Shown piece after piece: positions 31,292-42,946 of a stretch of 64,000 nt of DNA; the stretch's first letter is position 1, and every line of letters begins with the position of its first letter. This stretch comes from Paludibaculum sp. (lineage in GTDB: Bacteria > Acidobacteriota > Terriglobia > Bryobacterales > Bryobacteraceae). Both the position numbers and the translations under genes were made by a program. The DNA is taken from positions 1,516-65,515 of the forward strand of contig JASGIE010000059.1 in NCBI GenBank assembly GCA_049841055.1. The letters are read 5' to 3'. A model generated the notes under the pieces. It had not been told where the DNA came from. It made no database searches and saw nothing but the letters and a program-made list of their open reading frames with translations.

Positions 31292-32500
31292 TCAATGGGC
31301 CGCTTCCGCCGGATCGCCCTCCATGACCCACTCCAGGTTGAAATGCGCATGGCGGATCGTCTTGTGCGGTTCTGTCTGCGGCAGGTGATTCAGAAATACG
31401 CTGTAGCTTGCGTGAATCGTCCCGTCCGGGGCCTGCACAATCGACGGGTAGTGGAATGAACCGGCCTTCTCCGCGCGGTGATCCAGTTCGATGTGCCGGT
31501 TCCACTTCCAGGTCTTGCCTTCATCATTTGAGATCGAAAGGCACAGCGAATGGCGCCCCCGCTCCGTGTCGTTGTTGATCATCAGCCAGCGGCCGTCCTT
31601 TAATGTCAGGACCTCGACTCCCGTGCCGGAGTTCGCAATGTCCGTGTCTTCCGCAAAAGTCCAGGTCTCGCCATTGTCCTTCGACTCGCTCCTCATCAGG
31701 CGCTTCGGCGGCGGACCGTTGTCCCGCATGTACGCCACGAGTCCGCCGTCTTTCTTCATTGCGAATGACGGCTGAATGTTCCCGTTGCCCACAATCGGGT
31801 CCGACGCATGCCACGTAAGGCCGTTGTCATCGCTGATCGCCGCCAGGCTGATGCTGTAGCCGTCCGAATACAAACCCACCACGATGCGTCCCGATGCCAG
31901 TTGCACGGGGTGCGGCCGGTTCATCCAGCCCATCCGAGAGAAGTATTTGTCCTTGGCTTTCTCCAGTTCCCGCTTCCAGTATTCGCCCTCACGGCCCGAC
32001 GTGTAGCGAGAGCCGAACTCCTGCACCCGTTCCACAATGTGATTCGGCTTCACCAGCAGGATGTCCGCCCGGTCCCACCTGGGCACCCCGTCGCCGTTGT
32101 AGTTGGACGATACGCGGTAGTTCGTGATCGCCGATTCCCAGGTGTTGGCCACAATCGTCTGCCAGAAAAGCCAAAGCCGTTTGTCGCGGTCCAGAAAGAG
32201 CGTCGGATTCGTATCCGGGAATCCGGCTACATCCGCCAGAACAAATGGCGCCGACCAGCCCTTCGCGCCCTTCCTCTTCCGGGCGCCCATCACCTGAACG
32301 TCGTCCGCCTGGCGTTCGCCCGATCCGCGATACCAGCACACGAACAAATCCCCATTGGGAAGATACAGAATGCTGGAGGCGTGATTGTGCTTCACGTCCA
32401 GCGGGAAGATATCATCCTTCTCCACAAACGGTTTCTCAGCCAGGGCGGTGCCGGCAAACAACAGGGCCGGAAGAAGCAGGCGGGACAACATGGTTTTCAT
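31292..32500 (-). CDS. Sialidase-like BNR-repeat protein
   Basis: Signal peptide; HASSI, Asp-boxes SDDNGLTW, SKDNGETW, SNDEGKTW; FHYPSI. Confidence 0.88.
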   Translation of the reverse strand: MKTMLSRLLLPALLFAGTALAEKPFVEKDDIFPLDVKHNHASSILYLPNGDLFVCWYRGSGERQADDVQVMGARKRKGAKGWSAPFVLADVAGFPDTNPTLFLDRDKRLWLFWQTIVANTWESAITNYRVSSNYNGDGVPRWDRADILLVKPNHIVERVQEFGSRYTSGREGEYWKRELEKAKDKYFSRMGWMNRPHPVQLASGRIVVGLYSDGYSISLAAISDDNGLTWHASDPIVGNGNIQPSFAMKKDGGLVAYMRDNGPPPKRLMRSESKDNGETWTFAEDTDIANSGTGVEVLTLKDGRWLMINNDTERGRHSLCLSISNDEGKTWKWNRHIELDHRAEKAGSFHYPSIVQAPDGTIHASYSVFLNHLPQTEPHKTIRHAHFNLEWVMEGDPAEAAH

Positions 32501-32572
32501 CGCGATTTCAGCCATTCTCTCTCAATGCACGGCGCGGAAGAAATGCGTCCCGTTACACTACGAAGAAGAACA

Positions 32573-33586
32573 ATGAAACCGGCAATGCTTCTGGTGGGTT
32601 TGATGTGGTGTGGCGCGGCCGCGCGCGCCCAGTCGTGGGTCGTGCAGAATAGCCCCACCACGGCCTCTCTTCGCGGTGTCCGGGCCATCAGCGACCGTGT
32701 CGCGTGGGCCAGCGGGTCCAATGGGACCTACCTGCGCACCATCGATGGCGGTGAACACTGGACGGCCGCTCAGGTGCCCGGCGCGGAAAAGCTCGACTTC
32801 CGGGGCATCTGGCCCATCGACGACCGGATCGCCTACCTCATGAGCGCCGGCCCCGGCGAACTCTCTCGCATTTACAAGACCGACGACGCCGGAGCCCACT
32901 GGACTCTGCTGTACACCCAGTCCAACGCCAAAGGCTTTTTCGACACCATCGCCTTCTGGGATGGACATACCGGCCTTGTGTTGGGTGATCCCCTAGACGG
33001 CAGCGCGGAGTTGCTCTCCACCACTGACGGCGGCGCCCACTGGTCCCGCCTCAAGACACCCCCGGCGCTACCGGGAGAAGGCGCCTTCGCCGCCAGCAAT
33101 TCCTGCGTCTTTGTACGCGGCAGCCGCGATGCCTGGTTTGTTACCGGAGGACCCGGCGCCGCACGCGTCATCCGCTCCCGGGATGCCGGCCGCACCTGGA
33201 AAGCAGCCGCCACACCCATTCGCAACGATGGCCAAGGTGCAGGCATCTTCTCTGTCGCCTTCCGCGACAGCGATCACGGTGTCATTGTCGGCGGCGACTA
33301 CTCGAAGGACAAGGAGGGCCGCCAGACCGCGGCCTACTCCTCGGACGGGGGAAAGTCCTGGAAGTCATCCACCATTCCACCGGCCGGTTTCCGCTCCTCC
33401 GTGAAATACCTTCCTAAGCCTGGTCTCTGGATCGCGACCGGAACCTCCGGCTCCGACGTCTCCAGAGACGATGGACGCACCTGGACTCACTTTGACGACG
33501 GCGCCTACAATGCCCTCAGCTTTACGCGCAATGGCGTTACCGGCTGGGCGGTTGGACCCAAGGGCCGGATCGCCAAATACCGCTAG
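32573..33586 (+). CDS. YCF48/BNR-repeat beta-propeller protein
   Basis: Signal peptide; TIDGGEHW, TTDGGAHW, SRDAGRTW, SSDGGKSW; EGAFAASNS. Confidence 0.88.
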   Translation: MKPAMLLVGLMWCGAAARAQSWVVQNSPTTASLRGVRAISDRVAWASGSNGTYLRTIDGGEHWTAAQVPGAEKLDFRGIWPIDDRIAYLMSAGPGELSRIYKTDDAGAHWTLLYTQSNAKGFFDTIAFWDGHTGLVLGDPLDGSAELLSTTDGGAHWSRLKTPPALPGEGAFAASNSCVFVRGSRDAWFVTGGPGAARVIRSRDAGRTWKAAATPIRNDGQGAGIFSVAFRDSDHGVIVGGDYSKDKEGRQTAAYSSDGGKSWKSSTIPPAGFRSSVKYLPKPGLWIATGTSGSDVSRDDGRTWTHFDDGAYNALSFTRNGVTGWAVGPKGRIAKYR

Positions 33587-33601
33587 CGGCTTGTCGGCAG
33601 G

Positions 33602-35014
33602 CTACAGACTGGCCAGCCGTGCCTCGACACTGCTTCGGAACGGACCCTCCGCCAGGTAGGCCAGATTGATGTCGACGTTTGCCCGCGCTCCTGTCATCGC
33701 GGCTTGCGCCAATGCTCGTGCCGTAATCACGTCGCTGCCGAACTTCGCGGGTGACGCTCCGGCCAACTCCTCCAGCCGGGCACTGAGCGCGAAAGTGTGC
33801 TCCAGCACTTCCAGGGGAACGGTGGTCGCTCCTTCCATCGCCGCGTTGACGAACGGGGCGCGCTCGTCCTTCGGCCGCTTGTAGGCCGCCACCACGGCGC
33901 TGTAGGCGTCGGCATCGCGCTGGATGGCTTCCGTGAGGAAGGCGCGATCCGATTCGAACGGAGCCGGATCCAGCTTCGACAGGCGGGCCACCATGGAGCC
34001 CAAGGCCGCGGCCATCGCGCCTGAAGCGGCAGCCGCGCTACCTCCGCCCGGCGTGGGCGTTGCGGCAGCCAGGCCATCCAGAAAATCGGCCATCGGCGTC
34101 CGCTCGGCCAGGGCCTCGGCCACCCGGTTCTCCAGCACCAGGCTGGGCTGGAAGTTCTCGAATCGAAGATAGAAATCCGCCGTCGCCTCCAGCGCCTTCT
34201 TCGGGATGAGGCCGACGATCTCGCTGCCCAGCACGGGCACCCCATACCGCGCGGCTTCGCTGCGGACGCATTCAAAGACACGGTGGATCGGCGTCTGCTC
34301 GAAATCGGTGAGATTCATCGACACCTGCGCCAGATTGCGAGAGGCGAGCGGCACGCCCATCGATTTCACATACCGGAACCCCCCGCTGGAGTGCCGGATC
34401 CCCTTCGCGATCCGCTTTGCAATCTCTATGTCGGGAGTTCCGAGATTGATGTTGTAGGCGATCAGGAACTTGCGGGCGCCCACCACGGTTGCGCCCGCCG
34501 TCGAGTGCAGCCGCGCTTCGCCGAAGTCCGGTGCGCGATCAGGGTTTGTGCGCACCTCCTCGCGGAGCCCCTCAAACTGTCCCCGCCGGATATTCTCCAG
34601 ATTGGTGCGGTCCGGCCGTCGGGCCGCCGCTTCGTAGAGATATGTAGGCACGCCCAGCCGCTTCCACATTTCGGCCGCGGCTCGCTCGGCGATCTGGACA
34701 CACTCGGCCAGCGTCATCCCTTCCAGCGGCACGAACGGCATCACATCGACCGCCCCGATTCGTGGATGGACCCCGCTGTGGACGGTCAGGTCGATGGTCT
34801 CGACGGCCTTCGCCGCGCCGGCGAGGGCCGCTTCCATCACCGTCTCCGGCGGCGCGACAAACGTGATCACGCTGCGATTGTGGTCGGCGTCCAGTTCGAG
34901 ATCGAGCACCAGCGCACCAGGCAGTGCGGCGATGGCGGCGGCAATGGCGTCCACTTTGGCGCGGTCGCGGCCTTCACTGAAGTTGGGAATACATTCGACG
35001 AGTTTGCGGGTCAT
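33602..35014 (-). CDS. ftcD: Glutamate formimidoyltransferase fused to cyclodeaminase-like domain
   Basis: LVECIPNFSEGR, DADHNRSV, HPRIGAVDV, QVSMNLTD; C-terminal PTPGGGSAAA. Confidence 0.95.
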   Translation of the reverse strand: MTRKLVECIPNFSEGRDRAKVDAIAAAIAALPGALVLDLELDADHNRSVITFVAPPETVMEAALAGAAKAVETIDLTVHSGVHPRIGAVDVMPFVPLEGMTLAECVQIAERAAAEMWKRLGVPTYLYEAAARRPDRTNLENIRRGQFEGLREEVRTNPDRAPDFGEARLHSTAGATVVGARKFLIAYNINLGTPDIEIAKRIAKGIRHSSGGFRYVKSMGVPLASRNLAQVSMNLTDFEQTPIHRVFECVRSEAARYGVPVLGSEIVGLIPKKALEATADFYLRFENFQPSLVLENRVAEALAERTPMADFLDGLAAATPTPGGGSAAAASGAMAAALGSMVARLSKLDPAPFESDRAFLTEAIQRDADAYSAVVAAYKRPKDERAPFVNAAMEGATTVPLEVLEHTFALSARLEELAGASPAKFGSDVITARALAQAAMTGARANVDINLAYLAEGPFRSSVEARLASL

Positions 35015-36282
35015 TGGATCGGGTCGTCCTTATCGCTGTAGATCACGTCGCCGCGCTTGACGGTCATCGCGACGTGATTGATGCCGAAGGAATACGGGAG
35101 CTCACGGTAGTCGGAAACGTTGAGTACGAGGAAATCGCCATACTTGGCGGTCTCCAGCGATCCGCACTGATGAGCCAGGCCCAGCGCGTGGGCCCCGTTG
35201 ATGGTCGATGCCGCGATGGCCTCGGCGGGCGTCATCCGCATCTGTGCGCAGGCCAGACTGATGGTCATTTGCATGCTACACGATGGGCTGGTCCCCGGGT
35301 TGAAATCGGTGGCCAGCGCAACGGCCGCGCCTGTATCAATCAGTTTGCGCGCCGGAGCATAGCGCGACAGGCCCAGGTGAAACACGGAACCGGGCAGCAG
35401 TGTCGCAATGGTGGAGGAGTTTGCCATCGCCTCCACCTCCGCCGGCCCGATCGCCTCCAGGTGATCCGCGCTGATGGCCCTGGACTCAATCGCCAGCGCC
35501 GTGGCACCAATTTCGGCGAATTGACTGGCATGAACCTTCACCTCGAGGCCATGCTCAATCGCCGCGGCCAGATACCGGCGGGCTTGGGCGAGGCTGAATG
35601 CCCCTGTGTCGCAATAGACATCCGCGAAACGTGTGAACTTCGAGGCGGCCACCTTCGGAAGCACCTCGGCGATCAGGTGCCGGATATAACCGTCCGGGTT
35701 CCCGTCGAACTCCGGCGGAACGGCATGAGCTCCAAGAAATGTCGGAACCACGGACAGGGGCTCACCGTCCAGCGCTTTGGCGATACGGAGCAGCCGCAGC
35801 TCCGTTGCCTCATCCAGCCCATAGCCGGACTTCGCTTCCACCGTCGTTGTGCCGTAGCGGGCCATCGTGACAAGCCGCGTGTGAGACTCGCCGGCGAGTT
35901 TCTTGGCCGATGCCGCGCGCACCGCACGCATCGTGTAGCGGATCCCTCCGCCCGCGGCGGCAATCTCGGCGTAACTTCGGCCCGAAATACGCGCTTCGTA
36001 GTCGGCGAGCCGTGCCGGTCCATGAATCAGATGCGTGTGGCTGTCGACGAACCCCGGCATGACGACACGTCCGGTAGCGTCCAGTTCTCGTGCCTTTCGG
36101 GCTATGGCCAGGTTCTCGATCCGGCGCGACGGCCCAATGTGCGTAATCACGCCATCCTCGATAAGCATCGCGCCGGATGCCAGCATCGACACATCGGCCA
36201 ACTGACCCCCGCGGCGGGGGGTAGGCGCTCCGCGCAGAGTCAGCATCTGCCGGGCGCCGCGAACCAGGAGGGGTTTACTCAT
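35011..36282 (-). CDS. hutI: Imidazolonepropionase
   Basis: PGFVDSHTH, GTTTVEAKSGYGL, TFLGAH, ALATDFNPG. Confidence 0.95.
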   Translation of the reverse strand: MSKPLLVRGARQMLTLRGAPTPRRGGQLADVSMLASGAMLIEDGVITHIGPSRRIENLAIARKARELDATGRVVMPGFVDSHTHLIHGPARLADYEARISGRSYAEIAAAGGGIRYTMRAVRAASAKKLAGESHTRLVTMARYGTTTVEAKSGYGLDEATELRLLRIAKALDGEPLSVVPTFLGAHAVPPEFDGNPDGYIRHLIAEVLPKVAASKFTRFADVYCDTGAFSLAQARRYLAAAIEHGLEVKVHASQFAEIGATALAIESRAISADHLEAIGPAEVEAMANSSTIATLLPGSVFHLGLSRYAPARKLIDTGAAVALATDFNPGTSPSCSMQMTISLACAQMRMTPAEAIAASTINGAHALGLAHQCGSLETAKYGDFLVLNVSDYRELPYSFGINHVAMTVKRGDVIYSDKDDPIQ

Positions 36283-36309
36283 TCAACGCAACCATCATGT
36301 CATGCCCGG

Positions 36310-37950
36310 TCAGGGCAGGCGAATTCCGGCTTTCAACGCGAATTCACGCGCTTCCGGATACCCCGCGTCCACATGCCGCACCACCCCCAGCCCAGGGTCA
36401 CAGGTCATCACCCGTTCCGCCCGCTGGCCGCTGGCGGCAGTCCCTTCCACCACGGTCACCTGGCCTGCGTGCTGCGAGTAGCCGATACCCACGCCGCCGC
36501 CATTGTGCACGGAAACCCAACTGGCGCCCGCGGCTGTATTCAACATGGCGTTCAGAATGGGCCAGTCGGCCACCGCGTCACTGCCGTCCCGCATCCCCTC
36601 GGTCTCCCGATACGGGGAGGCAACCGAGCCGCAATCCAGGTGATCCCGACCAATCACGATGGGCGCCTGGACTTTGCCCTGCTCCACCAGCCGGTTGAGC
36701 CCGGCCGCGAACTCCGCACGCTCCCCATAGCCCAGCCAGCAGATTCGCGACGGCAGACCCTGGAAATGGACTCGCTCACTCGCCAGCCGCATCCACCGCA
36801 GCAAACTCTCATTCTCGGGAAACATCTCGCACGCCAGGCGGTCTGTAGCTGCGATATCGGCCGGATCTCCGGAAAGCGCGACCCATCGGAAGGGCCCCTT
36901 GCCTTCGCAGAAGAGAGGCCGGATGTACTCAGGCACGAAACCGGGAATCCGGAAGGCGTCCCGAACGCCCTGGTCCGCGGCCATGCGGCGGATGTTGTTG
37001 CCATAGTCGAAGGCGATGGCTCCGGCCTTCTGCAGTGCCAGCATGGCCTCCACGTGGCGGGCAATCGACTCCATGGAGCGCGCGATATACCCCTGCGGGT
37101 CCGCTGCCCGCAGAGCGGCGGCCTCCTCAATGTCGAGGCCGGCGGGGATGTAGCCGTTCAGCGGATCGTGCGCGCTCGTTTGGTCCGTCACCAGGTCGGG
37201 CGTAATCCCCCGTCGAACCATCTCTGGAAGGACTTCAGCGCAGTTACCCGCCAGACCCACGGAGATTGCCTGCCGGTTCGCCGTTGCTTCGTCGATCAGT
37301 GCCAGAGCCTCGTCCAGGCCGGTGACCATGCGATCGCAGTACCCCGTGTCGAGCCGCTTCTGAATCCGCGCCGGATCCGCCTCGACACACAGGATGGCGC
37401 CGCCGTTCATCGTGGCCGCCAGTGGCTGGGCGCCGCCCATTCCGCCCATGCCGCCGGTCAGCAGGAACTTGCCGCTCAAGTCCCCGGCGAAGTGGCGCCG
37501 CGCCGCGGCCGCGAACGTCTCGTAGGTCCCCTGCAGAATGCCCTGACTGCCGATGTAGATCCAACTGCCGGCGGTCATCTGGCCATACATCATCAGCCCG
37601 GCGCGTTCCAGTTCTCTGAAATGCTGCCAGTTGGACCACTGCCCCACCAGATTGGAGTTGGCAATCAGGACCCGAGGCGCCTCATCATGAGTACGAAACA
37701 CCGCCACGGGCTTGCCCGACTGGACCAGCAGTGTCTCGTCATCGCCCAATCGCTCCAGTTCTCGCACGATGGCATGGAAACAGTTCCAATCACGAGCCGC
37801 CTTACCGCTTCCGCCGTAGACGACCAGGTCCTGGGGCCGCTCCGCCACCTCCGGGTCGAGATTATTCATCAGCATGCGGAGCGCCGCTTCCTGGCGCCAT
37901 CCCTTGGCGGTCAACTTCGTGCCGCGAGGAGCGCGAACGACTGGGTTCAT
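36310..37950 (-). CDS. hutU: Urocanate hydratase
   Basis: [47 protein letters not shown]. Confidence 0.97.
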   Translation of the reverse strand: MNPVVRAPRGTKLTAKGWRQEAALRMLMNNLDPEVAERPQDLVVYGGSGKAARDWNCFHAIVRELERLGDDETLLVQSGKPVAVFRTHDEAPRVLIANSNLVGQWSNWQHFRELERAGLMMYGQMTAGSWIYIGSQGILQGTYETFAAAARRHFAGDLSGKFLLTGGMGGMGGAQPLAATMNGGAILCVEADPARIQKRLDTGYCDRMVTGLDEALALIDEATANRQAISVGLAGNCAEVLPEMVRRGITPDLVTDQTSAHDPLNGYIPAGLDIEEAAALRAADPQGYIARSMESIARHVEAMLALQKAGAIAFDYGNNIRRMAADQGVRDAFRIPGFVPEYIRPLFCEGKGPFRWVALSGDPADIAATDRLACEMFPENESLLRWMRLASERVHFQGLPSRICWLGYGERAEFAAGLNRLVEQGKVQAPIVIGRDHLDCGSVASPYRETEGMRDGSDAVADWPILNAMLNTAAGASWVSVHNGGGVGIGYSQHAGQVTVVEGTAASGQRAERVMTCDPGLGVVRHVDAGYPEAREFALKAGIRLP

Positions 37951-38033
37951 GCCGTCAGTGTACGCCCACGGCAGGGTGCGGTAGCAGGATTCGGATGGAC
38001 AGATTCGGTCCGGGGCAGGGAAGCTGGAAATGG

Positions 38034-38786
38034 ATGCAGATGATTCCGGTGACAATGCCCTTTCCCTGGGCCACGATGCTCGACTACCTCGCGGTCCGCT
38101 GCACGCCGTGTATGGAGGCCGTCACCGACGGCGTCTATCGACGGCACGGCCAGGCGACCGTAAGCCTGGTGGACGGTGGTCTGGCCGTGGAGGGTGACCC
38201 GTCGCCCGTCGCCCGGCTGTTTGATATCCACTGCCCCGTAGACGAGGTGAAGCGCGTCCTGGGCCGTGACCCGCGCCTGAAGGCCCGTCTCAAGCGCTTG
38301 CCCGGTGTTCGCGTGCCCGGCTGCTGGTCGCCCTTTGAGCTGGCCGTGCGGGCGATTCTCGGCCAGCAGGTGAGCGTACGCGGCGCCCACACCCTCATGC
38401 GGCGCCTGAATGAGCGCTGCCCCGGCTTTACCCCGGTCGAGGTGGCCGAATGCGACCTGCGCTCCATCGGCCTGACGAACAGCCGCACCGACACCATCCG
38501 CGCCCTGGCGGAAAGCGCCATCGACTTCCGGCAGGAATGGCCGTCGGTGGCGGCGCAGTTGCTTTCTATCCGCGGCATCGGCCCGTGGACCGTCAGTTAC
38601 CTCGGCATGCGCGTGGGCCGCGACCCGGATTCCTTCCCACAGTCGGATCTCGGGTTGCTCCACGCCTATGGGACGAAGGATCCCAGGGAACTCCTGCGCG
38701 CGGCGGAACGCTGGCGCCCCTTCCGCGCTTACGCCGCGATGCTTTTGTGGATGGTGCCGCAAGAAGCGGATATCGGAAAACAGTGA
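38034..38786 (+). CDS. alkA: DNA-3-methyladenine glycosylase AlkA
   Basis: [14 protein letters not shown], HhH motif [27 protein letters not shown]. Confidence 0.9.
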   Translation: MQMIPVTMPFPWATMLDYLAVRCTPCMEAVTDGVYRRHGQATVSLVDGGLAVEGDPSPVARLFDIHCPVDEVKRVLGRDPRLKARLKRLPGVRVPGCWSPFELAVRAILGQQVSVRGAHTLMRRLNERCPGFTPVEVAECDLRSIGLTNSRTDTIRALAESAIDFRQEWPSVAAQLLSIRGIGPWTVSYLGMRVGRDPDSFPQSDLGLLHAYGTKDPRELLRAAERWRPFRAYAAMLLWMVPQEADIGKQ

Positions 38787-38806
38787 CGCCGCGTAGGCTG
38801 GTGACT

Positions 38807-39675
38807 ATGACGCAAGAAGACGGACGGATGCAGGCCGCCTGTGACTATATCCGGGCGCACAGCGAGGAGCCCCTCTCGTTGGAGGACATGAGCCGGCAGG
38901 CCGGCTTGAGCCCTTTCCACTTTCTGCGCCGCTTCAAGGCGTTCACCGGTCTCACCCCCAAACAATTCCTTGATGGCTGCCGCATGGACGCGCTGAAAGG
39001 CCATCTGCGCGGCGCCGGTTCGGTCACCGATGCAATCTACGAAGCCGGCTTCGGGTCCAGCAGCCGCGTCTACGAGAAGGTGGATACCCGTCTCGGCATG
39101 ACGCCCAGGGAATACCGCACGGGCGGCGAAAAGGTCTCGATCTCCTACGTGGCCGAGCACACCGCCGTGGGACTCATGATGATGGGCGCCACGGATCGGG
39201 GGCTGTGCTTTGTCCAGTTTGGGGAGAGTGAGGAGGATCTGCTGCGGATGCTGCAAGCGGAGTATCCGAAAGCCCAACTCACCGCCATGGCCGAGCCTTA
39301 CCCGGAGCAATTCCGCGCCTGGATGCAGGCTCTCGGCGCTCATCTGGCCGGCGAACAGCCTAGTCTCACTCTGCCCCTGGATCTGCGGGCGACGGCATTC
39401 CAGTGGAAGGTCTGGCGCTACCTGCAGAGCATCCCCTACGCCGAGGTTCAATCGTACGCGGAAGTGGCCGAGGCTATCGGCCAGCCGAAAGCGGCGCGCG
39501 CAGTCGCTCGCGCCTGCGCCACCAACAGAGTGGCGATCGTCATTCCATGCCATAGGGTGATTCGGGGGACTGGAGAACTGGGTGGGTACCGCTGGGGACT
39601 GGACAGGAAGCGGGCTCTGCTGGATGGTGAGCGGGCGGCACGGGCGCGAGGTCCGCGCCGCCCGGTTGTTGAACG

Positions 39676-39679
<4 letters not shown>
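38807..39679 (+). CDS. Ada-like protein: AraC HTH + O6-methylguanine-DNA methyltransferase, no N-terminal Zn domain
   Basis: LSPFHFLRRFK..TGLTPK, SVTDAIYEAGFGSSSR, TAFQWKVW, IPCHRV active site. Confidence 0.9.
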
Positions 39680-41241
<1,562 letters not shown>

Positions 41242-41473
41242 AGAGATTGTTCCGGACGCGAACGGAGGGGCGAGACACCCATCACAAAACAACGGCGTGA
41301 CGATTCCACCGTTCGTTACCGGAGATTGGGACGGCGGAAACCGGACCAACCTCTCCTTAGAGAGGTGCGAAGCCCATAGGAATGGAGTGGATAGTGGATA
41401 TAGCCTTACTAAGGGAAACCTGATGGGTAGTACCTGCATCAGAGAAGCGGGGCCGCCCGCACCGATTACTGGA

Positions 41474-41503
41474 TTGCCACATTCGTGCGTTTCGGTAGAT
41501 AAT
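41474..41503 (+). promoter_or_regulatory. Putative sigma70 promoter of clpX-lon-yihA-rho
   Basis: TTGCCA (41474-41479), 18-bp spacer, GATAAT (41498-41503). Confidence 0.45.
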
Positions 41504-41570
41504 GAGGGTACGGGTCGCGTGGCGAAGGGGCGTTCTGCCTTTCCACCCCTGCCGCGAGGAGTCATTATTT

Positions 41571-42837
41571 GTGAAGCGTTCCGCGAACGACGAAACTCTC
41601 CGGTGTTCTTTTTGCCACAAAAGCCAGGATGTTGTTGGGAAGCTCATCTCCTCTCCCAGTGACTATCCCCGGGCCTACATCTGCGACGAGTGCATCGCTG
41701 TTTGCAATTCCATCCTGGAAGACGACCGTCCCGAGAAACCTTACGGGGCGCCGCATAAACTCCCTAAACCACTGGAATTGAAGGAGTACCTCGACGCCTA
41801 CGTCATCGGGCAAGAGGCGGTCAAGAAGAAACTGGCCGTAGCGGTCTACAACCACTACAAGCGGATTCAGATGAACCGCCAGCGGGTGGGCGAAGTAGAA
41901 CTGGCGAAATCGAACATCCTGCTCATCGGGCCCACCGGTACCGGCAAAACCCTGCTGGCTCAGACCTTGGCCCGCATCCTGGATGTCCCGTTCGCCATCG
42001 TCGACGCTACAACCCTGACCGAAGCCGGCTACGTGGGCGAAGATGTCGAGAACATCATCCTGCGGCTCCTCCAGAACTCCGATTGGGATGTTCAGCGGTG
42101 TCAAACCGGAATTATTTATATTGACGAAATCGACAAGATTTCGCGTAAAGATGAAAATCCCTCAATCACTCGTGACGTATCCGGTGAGGGCGTCCAGCAG
42201 GCTCTGCTGAAAATCCTCGAAGGAACCGTCGCGAATGTCCCACCCCAGGGCGGACGTAAACACCCCCACCAGGAGTTCACGCCCGTCGACACAACGAACA
42301 TCCTGTTCATCTGTGGCGGGGCTTTTGTGGGTCTGGAGAAGATCATCTCCCGGCGTACCGGCAAGAAGACGCTAGGCTTCAAGGGCGAGGACGAGAAGGT
42401 GGATCCTCGGCGCTCAACGGCGCAGCGTGACATGACGCTCCTGGAACAGCTCCAGCCGGAAGACCTCATCCGGTACGGCTTCATCCCCGAGTTCATCGGA
42501 CGTATGCCGGTGGCGGGCGTTCTGGAAGACCTGGACCGCAGCGCGCTGGTTCAGATCCTCACGCGTCCCAAGAACGCGATCATCAAGCAGTACCAGAAAC
42601 TGTTTGAATTCGAAAATGTTAGACTGAAGTTCAGCGACGACGCGATGGAGGCGATTGCAGAACTCGCCCTCCAGCGTAAGGTTCGGGGCCCGGGGCCTCC
42701 GGATGATTCTGGAGGAATTGATGCTCGACCTGATGTACTATCTCCCCTCATATAAGAAAGTTCGCGAATTCATGGTGACCAAGGAGATGGTACTTTCGCA
42801 GAAGATCAACTGGGCGCTGCTCGAAAAAGCGGGTTGA
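41571..42837 (+). CDS. clpX: ATP-dependent Clp protease ATP-binding subunit ClpX (apparent frameshift ~42685)
   Basis: CSFC...CDEC Zn finger, [23 protein letters not shown] loop; tail GARGLR in ORF 42655-42837; AGGAG before GTG 41571. Confidence 0.96.
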
Positions 42838-42946
42838 TCCTAAGGAACACGGGGTACTCGGTTGCCCCCTCAATGTAGGCGGGGTAGCCCGGCGTATTGC
42901 GCCGGGACTCGCTATTATCTAACCAGACATTCCCCCCGACATAACG

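Noticed and set aside
31808-32572. N-terminal 255 aa of the 592-aa ORF 31808-33586
   Set aside because: Overlaps the opposite-strand sialidase-like gene; a signal peptide begins at ATG 32573
35014-38043. 1009-aa plus-strand ORF
   Set aside because: Antisense shadow of hutI-hutU; long stop-free antisense frames are common in high-GC coding DNA
42850-42910. Hairpins between clpX and lon (CCCGGCG-TATTG-CGCCGGG)
   Set aside because: Short, no U-tract, and not seen repeated elsewhere in the window; insufficient to call a terminator, REP or ncRNA
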